Shown one piece after another: positions 9,412-17,574 of a stretch of 64,000 bases of DNA. Source of the DNA: an uncultured virus (IMG/VR IMGVR_UViG_3300048581_000043) (Duplodnaviria > Heunggongvirae > Uroviricota > Caudoviricetes); the IMG/VR virus record IMGVR_UViG_3300048581_000043; one strand, given 5' to 3'. The notes under the pieces were generated by a model. That model ran no database searches, was not told the origin of the DNA, and saw nothing but the letters and a program-made list of their open reading frames with translations. The stretch's first letter is position 1; every line of letters starts with the position of its first letter. A program made the position numbers and the translations under genes.

Positions 9412-9696
9412 CTAAAACAGCGTTAACTGATTCAGAACCTTCTTTGGTTGTGCGGCTAACCTTTCCTTAGCCAACTCTTGCCCTGCTTTCACATAAGCAG
9501 CGGCATATGCCTGTCTCCAATTACCAGGCAAATCCCACTTCTTGCCTAAAGCAGAAGTGTAAACATCTATGGGAGCTGTTGCAACTAACGTCTTTTCAGT
9601 TTGTTTCACTGTAAAGACATAATTCGCCTTCCGGAAAACAAAGAAATGTTTCCCTTCTTTAAATCCTCTGCTAACCAGTCTTACTTGTTCTTCCAT
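9412..9696 (-). CDS. hypothetical early protein with C-terminal QLTLF
   Basis: GGAGG RBS; ends with a beta-clamp-binding-like pentapeptide. Confidence 0.75.
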   Translation of the reverse strand: MEEQVRLVSRGFKEGKHFFVFRKANYVFTVKQTEKTLVATAPIDVYTSALGKKWDLPGNWRQAYAAAYVKAGQELAKERLAAQPKKVLNQLTLF

Positions 9697-9821
9697 GGTA
9701 TTTGCCCTCCCATGTCATAAGAAGGCTTAATAATCTTTGCCTTCTTTGGTTTCAGCAGATTCCACAATTCCACCAAGCTCCAACCTACTAGCATCACTCC
9801 TAAGAAAATCATGCCTGCCAT
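9681..9821 (-). CDS. small single-TM protein (not in ORF track)
   Basis: CTGGAGGT RBS; MAGMIFLGVMLVGWSLVELWNLLKPKKAK... Confidence 0.55.
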   Translation of the reverse strand: MAGMIFLGVMLVGWSLVELWNLLKPKKAKIIKPSYDMGGQIPWKNK

Positions 9822-9895
9822 AACTACCTCCAGTTGTAGTGTTTGAAAACGGCGCAAAGTGAAGATCTAAAAGCTTGTCAATCTCCTTTTCTAAA

Positions 9896-10111
9896 CTAGA
9901 CATGTACCCCTCCCGGTAATGCCTCCAATACATCACCAGTAGTAGGACTAACCAAAGGTTCGGTCAAACAGTTGATCGATAACTCCATAATCTTGGCAGT
10001 AGGCACTCTATGCCACCCCAAGTATCCCTTCAGGAAACTGACCACTTCAGGTTGTGTTACTTCCTTAGTCCCCTTCTTCGGCCCCATCTGTTTAGTAATG
10101 AAAAATCGCAT
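9896..10111 (-). CDS. hypothetical early protein
   Basis: CTGGAGGT RBS. Confidence 0.7.
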   Translation of the reverse strand: MRFFITKQMGPKKGTKEVTQPEVVSFLKGYLGWHRVPTAKIMELSINCLTEPLVSPTTGDVLEALPGGVHV

Positions 10112-10201
10112 AGTACTACCTCCAGTAGTGTATTAGTAGGGATATAGGCCCTACCCCTGTGGCCCTCTGTCTCATAACCAGAAGGCCCTTAGGGTAATGC
10201 C

Positions 10202-10444
10202 TTACACCAACTTAATCACAACGCCTGACTTACCCTTACACTCCTTGGATGCCTCCTTTACCAGATAGGCAACTCCCATGCCTACTGCAGCTGCACCCAT
10301 GGCCTTGAATAGGCCTGTCCCACATACGAGTGCTGCCGTCCCAAGGACTCCCCCAGTAAGGAGCTCTGCCTTGTGCTCTGTAGCAAGTGCCTTAGCCTTC
10401 TCTGCATAAGCGCTGCTCTTCGCCTTCAGTTCTTCGTTAGTCAT
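10202..10444 (-). CDS. glycine-zipper membrane protein
   Basis: start MTNEELK after CTGGAGGT RBS; GGVLGTAALVCGTGLFKAMGAAAVG. Confidence 0.75.
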   Translation of the reverse strand: MTNEELKAKSSAYAEKAKALATEHKAELLTGGVLGTAALVCGTGLFKAMGAAAVGMGVAYLVKEASKECKGKSGVVIKLV

Positions 10445-10461
10445 ATAAACACCTCCAGTTA

Positions 10462-10520
10462 GTCTCTGTTTCGACCTACAACTAGGTCTCATCAGCTAGT
10501 GTTACCACTAGGACAGAGGC
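10462..10520 (-). ncRNA. type III hammerhead ribozyme
   Basis: CUCUGUC/CUAGUG-GUAA-CACUAG-CUGAUGA-GACCUA-GUUG-UAGGUC-GAAA-CAGAG; complete catalytic core and three perfect stems. Confidence 0.93.
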
Positions 10521-10543
10521 AGTTTAATGTCGTGCCCAGGACA
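10517..10543 (-). ncRNA. H-type pseudoknot motif, copy 1
   Basis: UGUC-CUGGGCAC-GACA-UUAAAC-UGCCU, just after the stop of 10550-10813. Confidence 0.6.
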
Positions 10544-10549
10544 GGTAAA

Positions 10550-10813
10550 TTAGCAGAAAGGAATGTAGATGTGATCTACCTTCTCACATCCTCCGTTCTC
10601 CAAGGTCTTCTTCGTAACAACGTCAGCCACAGCAGCAGCCACGATGCCTGTTAACACGGCTGCACCCAGACACTTCAACAACCCTGCCCCACACACAGCA
10701 GCAACGGCCCCACCAACCACAGCCACGCTACCACCAACAGCAGCCTGGTTCACCAAACGACACGCGAAGACTTGCTCTTCAGTCAACGTTGAATAAACTT
10801 GAGTCTTAGCCAT
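10550..10813 (-). CDS. glycine-zipper membrane protein, paralog of 10202-10444
   Basis: start MAKTQV after AAAGGA; GGAVAAVCGAGLLKCLGAAVLTG. Confidence 0.75.
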   Translation of the reverse strand: MAKTQVYSTLTEEQVFACRLVNQAAVGGSVAVVGGAVAAVCGAGLLKCLGAAVLTGIVAAAVADVVTKKTLENGGCEKVDHIYIPFC

Positions 10814-11006
10814 GATAAACACTTCCTTTGAGAGATTTTGTAGAGGGTAGGGGCTCGGAACTACAAGCCAGTAACCATCCATTACCTCCCTCCCATCGCT
10901 AGAATTTTTATTTACTTTTTTTAGAGCTTACTTTTTTCAATATCAACTTTTTTACATCAAGTCTAAAATTTTTTATGTCTAAATTTCCCTATATAGAATT
11001 TTTTGC

Positions 11007-11035
11007 TTGACAATTAATTTATAGTAAGTTAATAT
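11007..11035 (+). promoter_or_regulatory. sigma70-type promoter
   Basis: TTGACA-17nt-TAATAT at the head of the rightward gene block. Confidence 0.7.
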
Positions 11036-11089
11036 ATATTTACTGAAGAGATTCAAAAGTTGCAAATAATATTTTCAAAAGGATCAATC

Positions 11090-11341
11090 ATGGGAGTACA
11101 TGCTGCACTTTTGGACACTAATGGTAAGCCTTTCTACGTACCAGATCATGTCAAAATTGAGTATTTGGAAGGATATAGTTATATCTTATTGCATTCACCA
11201 GATTTACCTAGCGTACCTGAAGGAACTTCTCTTCCGATTATTTCGATAGAAGAAGCTGGTAAACTTAAAAATGTTAAGTGTGATTGTAAATATTGTTTAC
11301 CAAATACTCCATCGTGCATCAAGCCGGAGGAAGATAAGTGA
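11090..11341 (+). CDS. hypothetical protein
   Basis: AAAGGA RBS before MGVHAA. Confidence 0.65.
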   Translation: MGVHAALLDTNGKPFYVPDHVKIEYLEGYSYILLHSPDLPSVPEGTSLPIISIEEAGKLKNVKCDCKYCLPNTPSCIKPEEDK

Positions 11342-11640
11342 AAACTAAATTTACTACTGAAGAAATTATAGATTGTTCAGCTATTTTTGCCGCTGATCTT
11401 CTAATAGCTTCTAGAGAACTTTTAAAACTAAGTTCAGCTCTAGTTAATCATCGGGAACGTCTAGTCGGTAATAAGAAAATTAATATATTTCTTTCTGATA
11501 GCAAAAAGCATTTAGTTAATGTAGAGAAAGTTGCTATAGATTTCTGGAAGAAACAAGAATACAGTTTTAAAGAAGCTTTAGCTCGTAATGAACAATGGTT
11601 AAAAGATAATCCTCCTAAAAAATCGAGGTCTAAAAAATGA
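11338..11640 (+). CDS. hypothetical protein
   Basis: GGAGG RBS; GTGA overlap with the upstream stop. Confidence 0.65.
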   Translation: MKTKFTTEEIIDCSAIFAADLLIASRELLKLSSALVNHRERLVGNKKINIFLSDSKKHLVNVEKVAIDFWKKQEYSFKEALARNEQWLKDNPPKKSRSKK

Positions 11641-11833
11641 TTTATACTCAAATAGAAACAGCTACTGGAAAACGAAATAAATTCGAGATAGACCAGATTC
11701 ATAATTATTGCGATTTGTATGAATTTATTAATGACCTTAACTGGCGGCAATGTAAATTTATTAGAGAAAAAGAAGGATTTAAATATCCTAAGTATATTTA
11801 TATTGCTTAATATTTTGTGCTAGGAGGAAAAAG

Positions 11834-12334
11834 ATGGCTAAAGTTATAACGTGGGTTTATATTCTTGCTTATAATAATTCTCTGAATGAATATGATAACG
11901 CTCCTGTCTATGCATTTTTAAATAAAGAAGATGCTGATTCTAAAAAAGCCGAGGAAGAAAAGAAAGATAAAGTTAGATATTGGTATATTTATAGACTCCC
12001 TTTAATTAAACCAACAGAAACAAAAGAAAAACCTACTGTTCTAGAAAACTCATTATTAAGAGCAACAGATCTAGAACTTAAAGATGATTTTGAATTTTAC
12101 CGGAAAGATATTATAAGTCTCTCGGAATTGATAGATCCACTTACAATGAACCTATGGGGAAGATTCTGGAATCCTTGTGGGGACCAACCATACTATAGAT
12201 TAAGATTAAAAAGTTATAGATTTATAAATACTGAAGTTATATGGTATCCGAATATGCCTAAGAATGGTTGGTGCCAACAGCCTGAGGGTCTTCCAATTTC
12301 TGCGGAACAAGCTAAAGCATTAGGACTAGTATAA
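11834..12334 (+). CDS. hypothetical protein
   Basis: AGGAGG RBS; 166 aa. Confidence 0.75.
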   Translation: MAKVITWVYILAYNNSLNEYDNAPVYAFLNKEDADSKKAEEEKKDKVRYWYIYRLPLIKPTETKEKPTVLENSLLRATDLELKDDFEFYRKDIISLSELIDPLTMNLWGRFWNPCGDQPYYRLRLKSYRFINTEVIWYPNMPKNGWCQQPEGLPISAEQAKALGLV

Positions 12335-12345
12335 GGAAAGAAAAG

Positions 12346-12558
12346 ATGGAAACTTGCGGAAATGATAGTCTTAAGAGATATAATCCTCTTCTCTGTTCAA
12401 AATGTGGAACTATTTCCGAAGATATAATTATAAACTATGTTCAACAGATTTCGACTGCTTACACTAGTGAACTCTTCGCTTGTAAATGTTCTCATTGTGG
12501 ATTTAGTTGGATAGAGAATATTTCCGCAGAAGGAAGGATGAAGAGTAATGAAGAATAA
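12346..12558 (+). CDS. Zn-ribbon protein
   Basis: CSKCG...CSHCGFSW. Confidence 0.65.
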   Translation: METCGNDSLKRYNPLLCSKCGTISEDIIINYVQQISTAYTSELFACKCSHCGFSWIENISAEGRMKSNEE

Positions 12559-12700
12559 AAAATTCAAAGTGATACGCAGAGTATCTATTACGTTTCACAT
12601 CATAGCACCGGAAGGTAATGTCTTTGAATATTTCTTTGATAAAAAGGAAGCAGATGCTGCGTGCAAATGGTTAAATATAAAGCAGAGGGAAAAAACTTAA
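12548..12700 (+). CDS. small hypothetical protein, paralog of 12701-12880 (not in track)
   Basis: manual translation ...IIAPEGNVFEYFFDKKEADAACKWLN... Confidence 0.65.
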   Translation: MKNKKFKVIRRVSITFHIIAPEGNVFEYFFDKKEADAACKWLNIKQREKT

Positions 12701-12880
12701 ATGAAAAACCCATTTAAGAAAACTGAGAAAGTCGAACCAAAGCATCTGTATCGAGTCCAGACAACCTATTGCATTATCGAACCCAATGGGGATGCATTCG
12801 ATTACTATTTTGAACAAAGAGATGCAGATAGAATGTGTGAAAAATTAAATGAACTACTTAGAAAGAAGAATGTAAAATGA
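12701..12880 (+). CDS. small hypothetical protein, paralog of 12548-12700 (not in track)
   Basis: manual translation ...IIEPNGDAFDYYFEQRDADRMCEKLN... Confidence 0.65.
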   Translation: MKNPFKKTEKVEPKHLYRVQTTYCIIEPNGDAFDYYFEQRDADRMCEKLNELLRKKNVK

Positions 12881-13278
12881 CTTTTCAAGAAGGATCTATT
12901 CTAAGAAAGGCCTATTCCAAAGACCAAGGAAGTAAAATCTCAGTTAGAGATAGTTCTACTAATGAACTTTTACTTGCGGAAACTACGATTAAGGTTATTA
13001 AGTTTCAATTCGATTTCAATAAACATAAAGAAACTTCTAAAACAGGTGTTTTAGTTTTTGAATGTCCAATTAACACGTTCGTTTTTGCACATCCCTTTCG
13101 AATTATTATAGTTGCTCCAAATGAAATAGGCGAAAACTTACAAATGACAATAGAAGATTGTCAGTTTAAGATAAACACACTAGACTGTTCACCCGAAAAA
13201 ATTCATTTTATTTTTAGAGAAACTACAGGATGGCAATATCCCAAAAGAAATATTGACATTCTTTCATTAGACGTGTAA
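12877..13278 (+). CDS. hypothetical protein
   Basis: ATGA overlap; 133 aa. Confidence 0.65.
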   Translation: MTFQEGSILRKAYSKDQGSKISVRDSSTNELLLAETTIKVIKFQFDFNKHKETSKTGVLVFECPINTFVFAHPFRIIIVAPNEIGENLQMTIEDCQFKINTLDCSPEKIHFIFRETTGWQYPKRNIDILSLDV

Positions 13279-13281
13279 TAT
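13253..13281 (+). promoter_or_regulatory. sigma70-type promoter
   Basis: TTGACA-17nt-TAATAT. Confidence 0.7.
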
Positions 13282-13311
13282 GTAGTTAGTAAATTATCTG
13301 GAGGATAATTC

Positions 13312-13644
13312 ATGTCAGCAAAACTTTCAAATAAGAAAATCAAAAATCTTAAGGTCTTATCGCGAGAGATTACACTTAATATTCCTGAAAATCTCTTAAA
13401 AGATTTCCTACATAATAGTTGCGGAAATATTAAAGATGACTTTTTCACTGTGTGGAATCTACATTCAATGACTGCCTTAAGAGTTATCTTTAAGGATAAG
13501 AATTGCAAATTTCCATTGTTAAAATCCAAAGAAAGTAAAGATATAAGGAAATTCGTAGATAAAATAAATTCTAAAGAGTTTTTACAGAAGCTTTATCCTA
13601 TTCCTAAAAATTATAAAATTAAACTTCGCGTGGAGTTCGAATAA
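13312..13644 (+). CDS. basic hypothetical protein
   Basis: GGAGG RBS. Confidence 0.7.
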   Translation: MSAKLSNKKIKNLKVLSREITLNIPENLLKDFLHNSCGNIKDDFFTVWNLHSMTALRVIFKDKNCKFPLLKSKESKDIRKFVDKINSKEFLQKLYPIPKNYKIKLRVEFE

Positions 13645-14093
13645 TGATTACACTTTACGAAAAAGAAGATGTTCTAGCTTTTGGAAGAGTTGTTCATTTT
13701 CTCGAACAAAAATGTCAGTTCGATATTGTTATTAAAGAACTTACTTATACTATTTGCTCAAGTGTTTGGTTGGATAAAGGTTGGTTAGTACTTGACGTAA
13801 TTCTGTTTCCCAAAGAAGACCTGGATGTTAAAAATCTCCCACATCTTGGTACCCGCGCAGCTTGCCATTTTACAGTTGAGGAAACTTTAGAATCTCTCAA
13901 ACCATTAATTGTAAACAATTTGGATTATATAGGTTACAGCCCTAGACATAATATGCAAGAAATCGTTAACTGTTTACTTAGTTTAAAGAAATGGAAAGTA
14001 AATTCTGATTGCGGTGAAGATGCTCCATATGATATTATTAATATCTGTTTAATGCCTCCTTCTCCTGAAGAACTGGATGGATGGAACGGATAA
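13644..14093 (+). CDS. hypothetical protein
   Basis: TAATG coupling; GGAG RBS. Confidence 0.7.
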   Translation: MITLYEKEDVLAFGRVVHFLEQKCQFDIVIKELTYTICSSVWLDKGWLVLDVILFPKEDLDVKNLPHLGTRAACHFTVEETLESLKPLIVNNLDYIGYSPRHNMQEIVNCLLSLKKWKVNSDCGEDAPYDIINICLMPPSPEELDGWNG

Positions 14094-14159
14094 ATATAAG
14101 ATCTGGTATTGCCAAAATAATTCAAAGGCAAATTGCATTTAAAAAACTGGAGACCAGGA

Positions 14160-14801
14160 ATGACCAAGCATGCAGTATATTTTGTTCCTAAGGATTGTGA
14201 AAAATGTGGTTGTCTTTATGATAATGTACGTTTAACTTATAAACAGAAATTCTTTTTTGATATAGAGAATTCTAGAGGTATAGGTTCAGTTATTGAAGAA
14301 GATGGAACCTTGTATAGTATTGGGTGGAAGTTTACTATAACAAAGATAGAAGATGAACTTTTAAAAGCTCCGGTATGTGATCCCAACTTGATTATTAAAG
14401 AATATCAAGATTATCTAGATTATGAAAACCAGTTACCTGACTATGGAAAAGTTTCGATTGTTAAAGAGTATGAGGAGGAAAAATCACCTAACAATTTTTA
14501 TAAAAAACGTTACAAACAAATAAGTTTAACTTCTCCAGAATCTGTATATAGAGCCATTTTCTTAGGTTCTCAAGATTATTTTGAATGCGAGTGTGGAAGA
14601 TGTAGTTTTAAGTGGATAGAATATCTGTATGAACCAGATATGTACAATCTAGAAGTAGCTCAAAAATGGATAGAATGGAATAAAGCAGTTGAAATCAGTT
14701 TTAATACTAAAAAAGCCGAGATTCTTTCCAGACCAAGAACCTTGAGGGTTGTGGGTCCAACTGAACCACCTAAAGGATTTTGGAATCATTTGTTCTCTTA
14801 A
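14160..14801 (+). CDS. hypothetical protein with split Zn ribbon
   Basis: CEKCG near the N-terminus and CGRC-x-FKW later. Confidence 0.7.
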   Translation: MTKHAVYFVPKDCEKCGCLYDNVRLTYKQKFFFDIENSRGIGSVIEEDGTLYSIGWKFTITKIEDELLKAPVCDPNLIIKEYQDYLDYENQLPDYGKVSIVKEYEEEKSPNNFYKKRYKQISLTSPESVYRAIFLGSQDYFECECGRCSFKWIEYLYEPDMYNLEVAQKWIEWNKAVEISFNTKKAEILSRPRTLRVVGPTEPPKGFWNHLFS

Positions 14802-14821
14802 ATATAAAAGGATAAAAGACT

Positions 14822-15019
14822 ATGAAATTAAATCTTTTAAAATTAACACATGAACCTGATCGAGTTTTTTTGAAACTAGATGCAGGAGATAATACTTTAA
14901 ATATAGATATGACTCCTCAAGAACTACTAGAATTAACCAATGCTTTCGTGTCGGCTAATGAAGAAGTTCAAATCTTTCATGAGAGTCAACCACATGATAA
15001 ACATAAAACTTCCCACTGA
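14822..15019 (+). CDS. hypothetical protein
   Basis: AAGGA RBS. Confidence 0.6.
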   Translation: MKLNLLKLTHEPDRVFLKLDAGDNTLNIDMTPQELLELTNAFVSANEEVQIFHESQPHDKHKTSH

Positions 15020-15452
15020 TTTTGAAATTAGATGTGCCTGGTTTGATTATGTGCCTTTCAGCGAATTTACTGCAATGTTATTAGGTTATCTATTGGTTAA
15101 AAAATGGGTCAAAGTCCATGTTATTAAACCAGAAGAAATGATGAAGAAAATGTATGATAAGGATCCTTGGAGCGAACGATATGATCGCAAGCACAAGATT
15201 TATCCTTATGGTTTATATGAACGCGAAACTAATGAAATTTATATAAGTAGTATTTGTAAATACAGACATAATTATTGGATGACTTATCTCCATGAGCTAG
15301 CTCATACTAGAAAATTAGCTCGTGCAGAATGGGATAAGATTGAAAAACACGGATCAGATTGGGCACAGATTTATACTATGTTAAGTGCCAAATCAGCAGG
15401 TATATTTTGGTTTTTAGGTAAGGGTGGAATTTCAGCATCCTTTAAAGGATAG
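14994..15452 (+). CDS. SprT-like zinc metallopeptidase domain protein
   Basis: HELAH followed by HG-x-DW. Confidence 0.65.
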   Translation: MINIKLPTDFEIRCAWFDYVPFSEFTAMLLGYLLVKKWVKVHVIKPEEMMKKMYDKDPWSERYDRKHKIYPYGLYERETNEIYISSICKYRHNYWMTYLHELAHTRKLARAEWDKIEKHGSDWAQIYTMLSAKSAGIFWFLGKGGISASFKG

Positions 15453-15499
15453 CACTCTTTAATGTTATAATATTACTGAAATACTATACTCTTCCCAGG

Positions 15500-16030
15500 T
15501 TGCCACCAATGTCTATAATCCAATCAAATGAAGGTATGTCTTTTGGCGATTTTCTTGGTCGTGGATGGAAGGAAGCCTCTATCCGAACCAATGACTTTAT
15601 CTCATCAAAAAATATTAACCGTAAATATTTAAAATATGGCGGATATGCTGCCGCTGGCGTAGGCGGAATTATGGCAGCCGGATCAATGTATAGTTCTTAT
15701 GGAAAACATGGAACTGCGGCCAATGTTTATACTAGCCTTAATACTTTGGCTGGTGGTATTGGAGCAGGTCTAATCGCTCGTAAAGCTGGAATGAGCAAAA
15801 TGGGCATAGGTGGAATGGCAGCCCTCGGCGCATTTAATAGTGATAGATTTTCCCGTTTTCAAGAAAATCATCCTGTTGTTGGAACTGTTGGTGTAGCTGC
15901 TCTAGGTTTGGGTGGATCCTTTGCCTATAGAAAATATAAACCTCAAATCGAAAGTGCATTTCGCCGTTGGTCAAATAAGTGGGGCGCTTCTACTGCCAAA
16001 CGCGCTGCTAGTGCCATGAGAATGGTCTAA
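15500..16030 (+). CDS. Gly/Ala-rich membrane-like protein, possibly virion-internal
   Basis: three glycine-zipper hydrophobic segments. Confidence 0.6.
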   Translation: MPPMSIIQSNEGMSFGDFLGRGWKEASIRTNDFISSKNINRKYLKYGGYAAAGVGGIMAAGSMYSSYGKHGTAANVYTSLNTLAGGIGAGLIARKAGMSKMGIGGMAALGAFNSDRFSRFQENHPVVGTVGVAALGLGGSFAYRKYKPQIESAFRRWSNKWGASTAKRAASAMRMV

Positions 16031-16038
16031 TTTTTCTA

Positions 16039-16067
16039 TTGACAACTCTCTTATAGCATAGTATAAT
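16039..16067 (+). promoter_or_regulatory. consensus sigma70 promoter
   Basis: TTGACA-17nt-TATAAT, perfect match. Confidence 0.85.
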
Positions 16068-16095
16068 TCTTCTATTCTAGATGGAGGAATTGACT

Positions 16096-16482
16096 ATGCC
16101 TTTTCAGATTGAAGAATCCAAGCTTAATGAACTTCTTGAAAAGCGTAAGAATGGAACAACTCAAGCGCAAATTGCTAAAGAGTTGAATATTACTTATGCT
16201 ACCCTAAAGAAGTATTATCCTCAACTTACTCAAAAGTCTCTTGTATGCAAAGTTTGTAAGATTGCAATTGGGACAGCACAAGAACGCGGTTATCGTAGTA
16301 GTCTATGTCTTGTACATAAAAAAGAAGATCAGAAAAACCGTGGGACTAAATGGCGTACTGCTCACCCAGAGTATAAGACCAAATGGGCAGAACGTTATAA
16401 GACTGATCCTGAATTCAAAAAAAAATGTCAAGAACGTGCAAAAGAATGGTACCAAAAGAAAAAGGCCATTCCTCATGCATAA
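16096..16482 (+). CDS. HTH DNA-binding protein with Zn-binding and basic tail
   Basis: GTTQAQIAKELNITYATLKKY helix-turn-helix; CKVC...CLVH; GGAGG RBS. Confidence 0.7.
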   Translation: MPFQIEESKLNELLEKRKNGTTQAQIAKELNITYATLKKYYPQLTQKSLVCKVCKIAIGTAQERGYRSSLCLVHKKEDQKNRGTKWRTAHPEYKTKWAERYKTDPEFKKKCQERAKEWYQKKKAIPHA

Positions 16483-16792
16483 GAAAACTTTTGACAAATC
16501 TGATTATGATCAATTCATTGCTAAATTTATTCATTTATTACAACTTAACAACATTAAATTAGGTTTTACTAGTATTGAGCGTTGGATAGCTGATGGTAAT
16601 GATCCGGCAGAGTTGATAGACTTCTCAGTTATGTCAAAAGAATATGTAGCAAGTTACTTGGCACAAAAAGCGAGTGAAGAAGTTATTAATATTTGGGAAG
16701 CTAAAAAATACTCATGGTATCTGATTGAAGTTAAAGTTCCATCCTTCGAGGATGGATATTACATTCAACAATTCAAAATGGGAGCGAAGTAA
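16475..16792 (+). CDS. hypothetical protein
   Basis: likely start MHKKTF overlapping the upstream gene end. Confidence 0.6.
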   Translation: MHKKTFDKSDYDQFIAKFIHLLQLNNIKLGFTSIERWIADGNDPAELIDFSVMSKEYVASYLAQKASEEVINIWEAKKYSWYLIEVKVPSFEDGYYIQQFKMGAK

Positions 16793-17068
16793 ATGGACGC
16801 ATATCAAGGAAACCGTCATCTTTATCAAGAGGATGTACCAATCAAGTTTGAGAATGCCAACTATCCATTAATGGAACGCAATCTCAAGTTAGTAGATTCA
16901 AATCGTATGACGGTAGTCATTAATGGCGAACCTATTACTAAAGAAATGGCTCAAAAGTTAGGACTCTCTTTGGAATTCATGGCTATGTTCTTAAATGCTA
17001 AAGTTTACAAGTTAGGCGAACCTTTGGTTCCAGAAAAAACAGAATCTCCTGAACCACCAAAAGAATAG
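16793..17068 (+). CDS. hypothetical protein
   Basis: GGAG RBS; abuts the upstream stop. Confidence 0.65.
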   Translation: MDAYQGNRHLYQEDVPIKFENANYPLMERNLKLVDSNRMTVVINGEPITKEMAQKLGLSLEFMAMFLNAKVYKLGEPLVPEKTESPEPPKE

Positions 17069-17075
17069 GGGTACT

Positions 17076-17258
17076 ATGCCTTATTTAATTCAACTCTTGA
17101 GTCGTCGTCTAACACAAGAAGTTCTAATCGGTTTTGCTGAGATGCTCATGATGATGCTTTTTAGATATGAGTTTATGAAACTCTATAAAAAGTATCGTAA
17201 TCCAAAACAAGAATATGAGTATCCATACAACTACAGAGATAACGGAGTTCGTTTATGA
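17076..17258 (+). CDS. small hypothetical protein
   Basis: AGGGGG RBS. Confidence 0.55.
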   Translation: MPYLIQLLSRRLTQEVLIGFAEMLMMMLFRYEFMKLYKKYRNPKQEYEYPYNYRDNGVRL

Positions 17259-17566
17259 TGAAGAATAGTATTGCACCTGCCGATGTTATTGCAGTATTGA
17301 ATCGGGCATTAGTAGAAGATCGAGCCGCAATTTCACAAATGTTTACTACATACACTCAATGCAATCCTACATTAGTAAACGATCCTACTATTCAGTGTTC
17401 TATGTTAGAACAGCAAGCTAGAGTAAGACCTTTGGGTATTATTAATGGACTCTTTGGAATCTTTGATGATGGTCCCAAAAAAGGTTTTGGAGCCATCTAT
17501 ATGACAGTTAATGAAGACGGTTCGATTAAGGAATTTTCATTAGTCGATAACCTGAAATATAGTTAA
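17255..17566 (+). CDS. conserved-looking phage hypothetical protein
   Basis: LN-x-AL-x-D-x-AI...CN-x-L-x-PTIQ...LGIINGLFG pattern. Confidence 0.7.
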   Translation: MMKNSIAPADVIAVLNRALVEDRAAISQMFTTYTQCNPTLVNDPTIQCSMLEQQARVRPLGIINGLFGIFDDGPKKGFGAIYMTVNEDGSIKEFSLVDNLKYS

Positions 17567-17574
17567 GGCAATAC

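Noticed and set aside
10445..10492. N-terminal extension MRPSCRSKQR of ORF 10202-10492
   Set aside because: This ATG is part of the hammerhead core CUGAUGA; the RBS supports a start at 10444
10517..10543. Pistol ribozyme or preQ1 riboswitch identity for the pseudoknot
   Set aside because: It shares only a stem followed by UUAAA; pistol P2/P3 and the preQ1 loop consensus are absent
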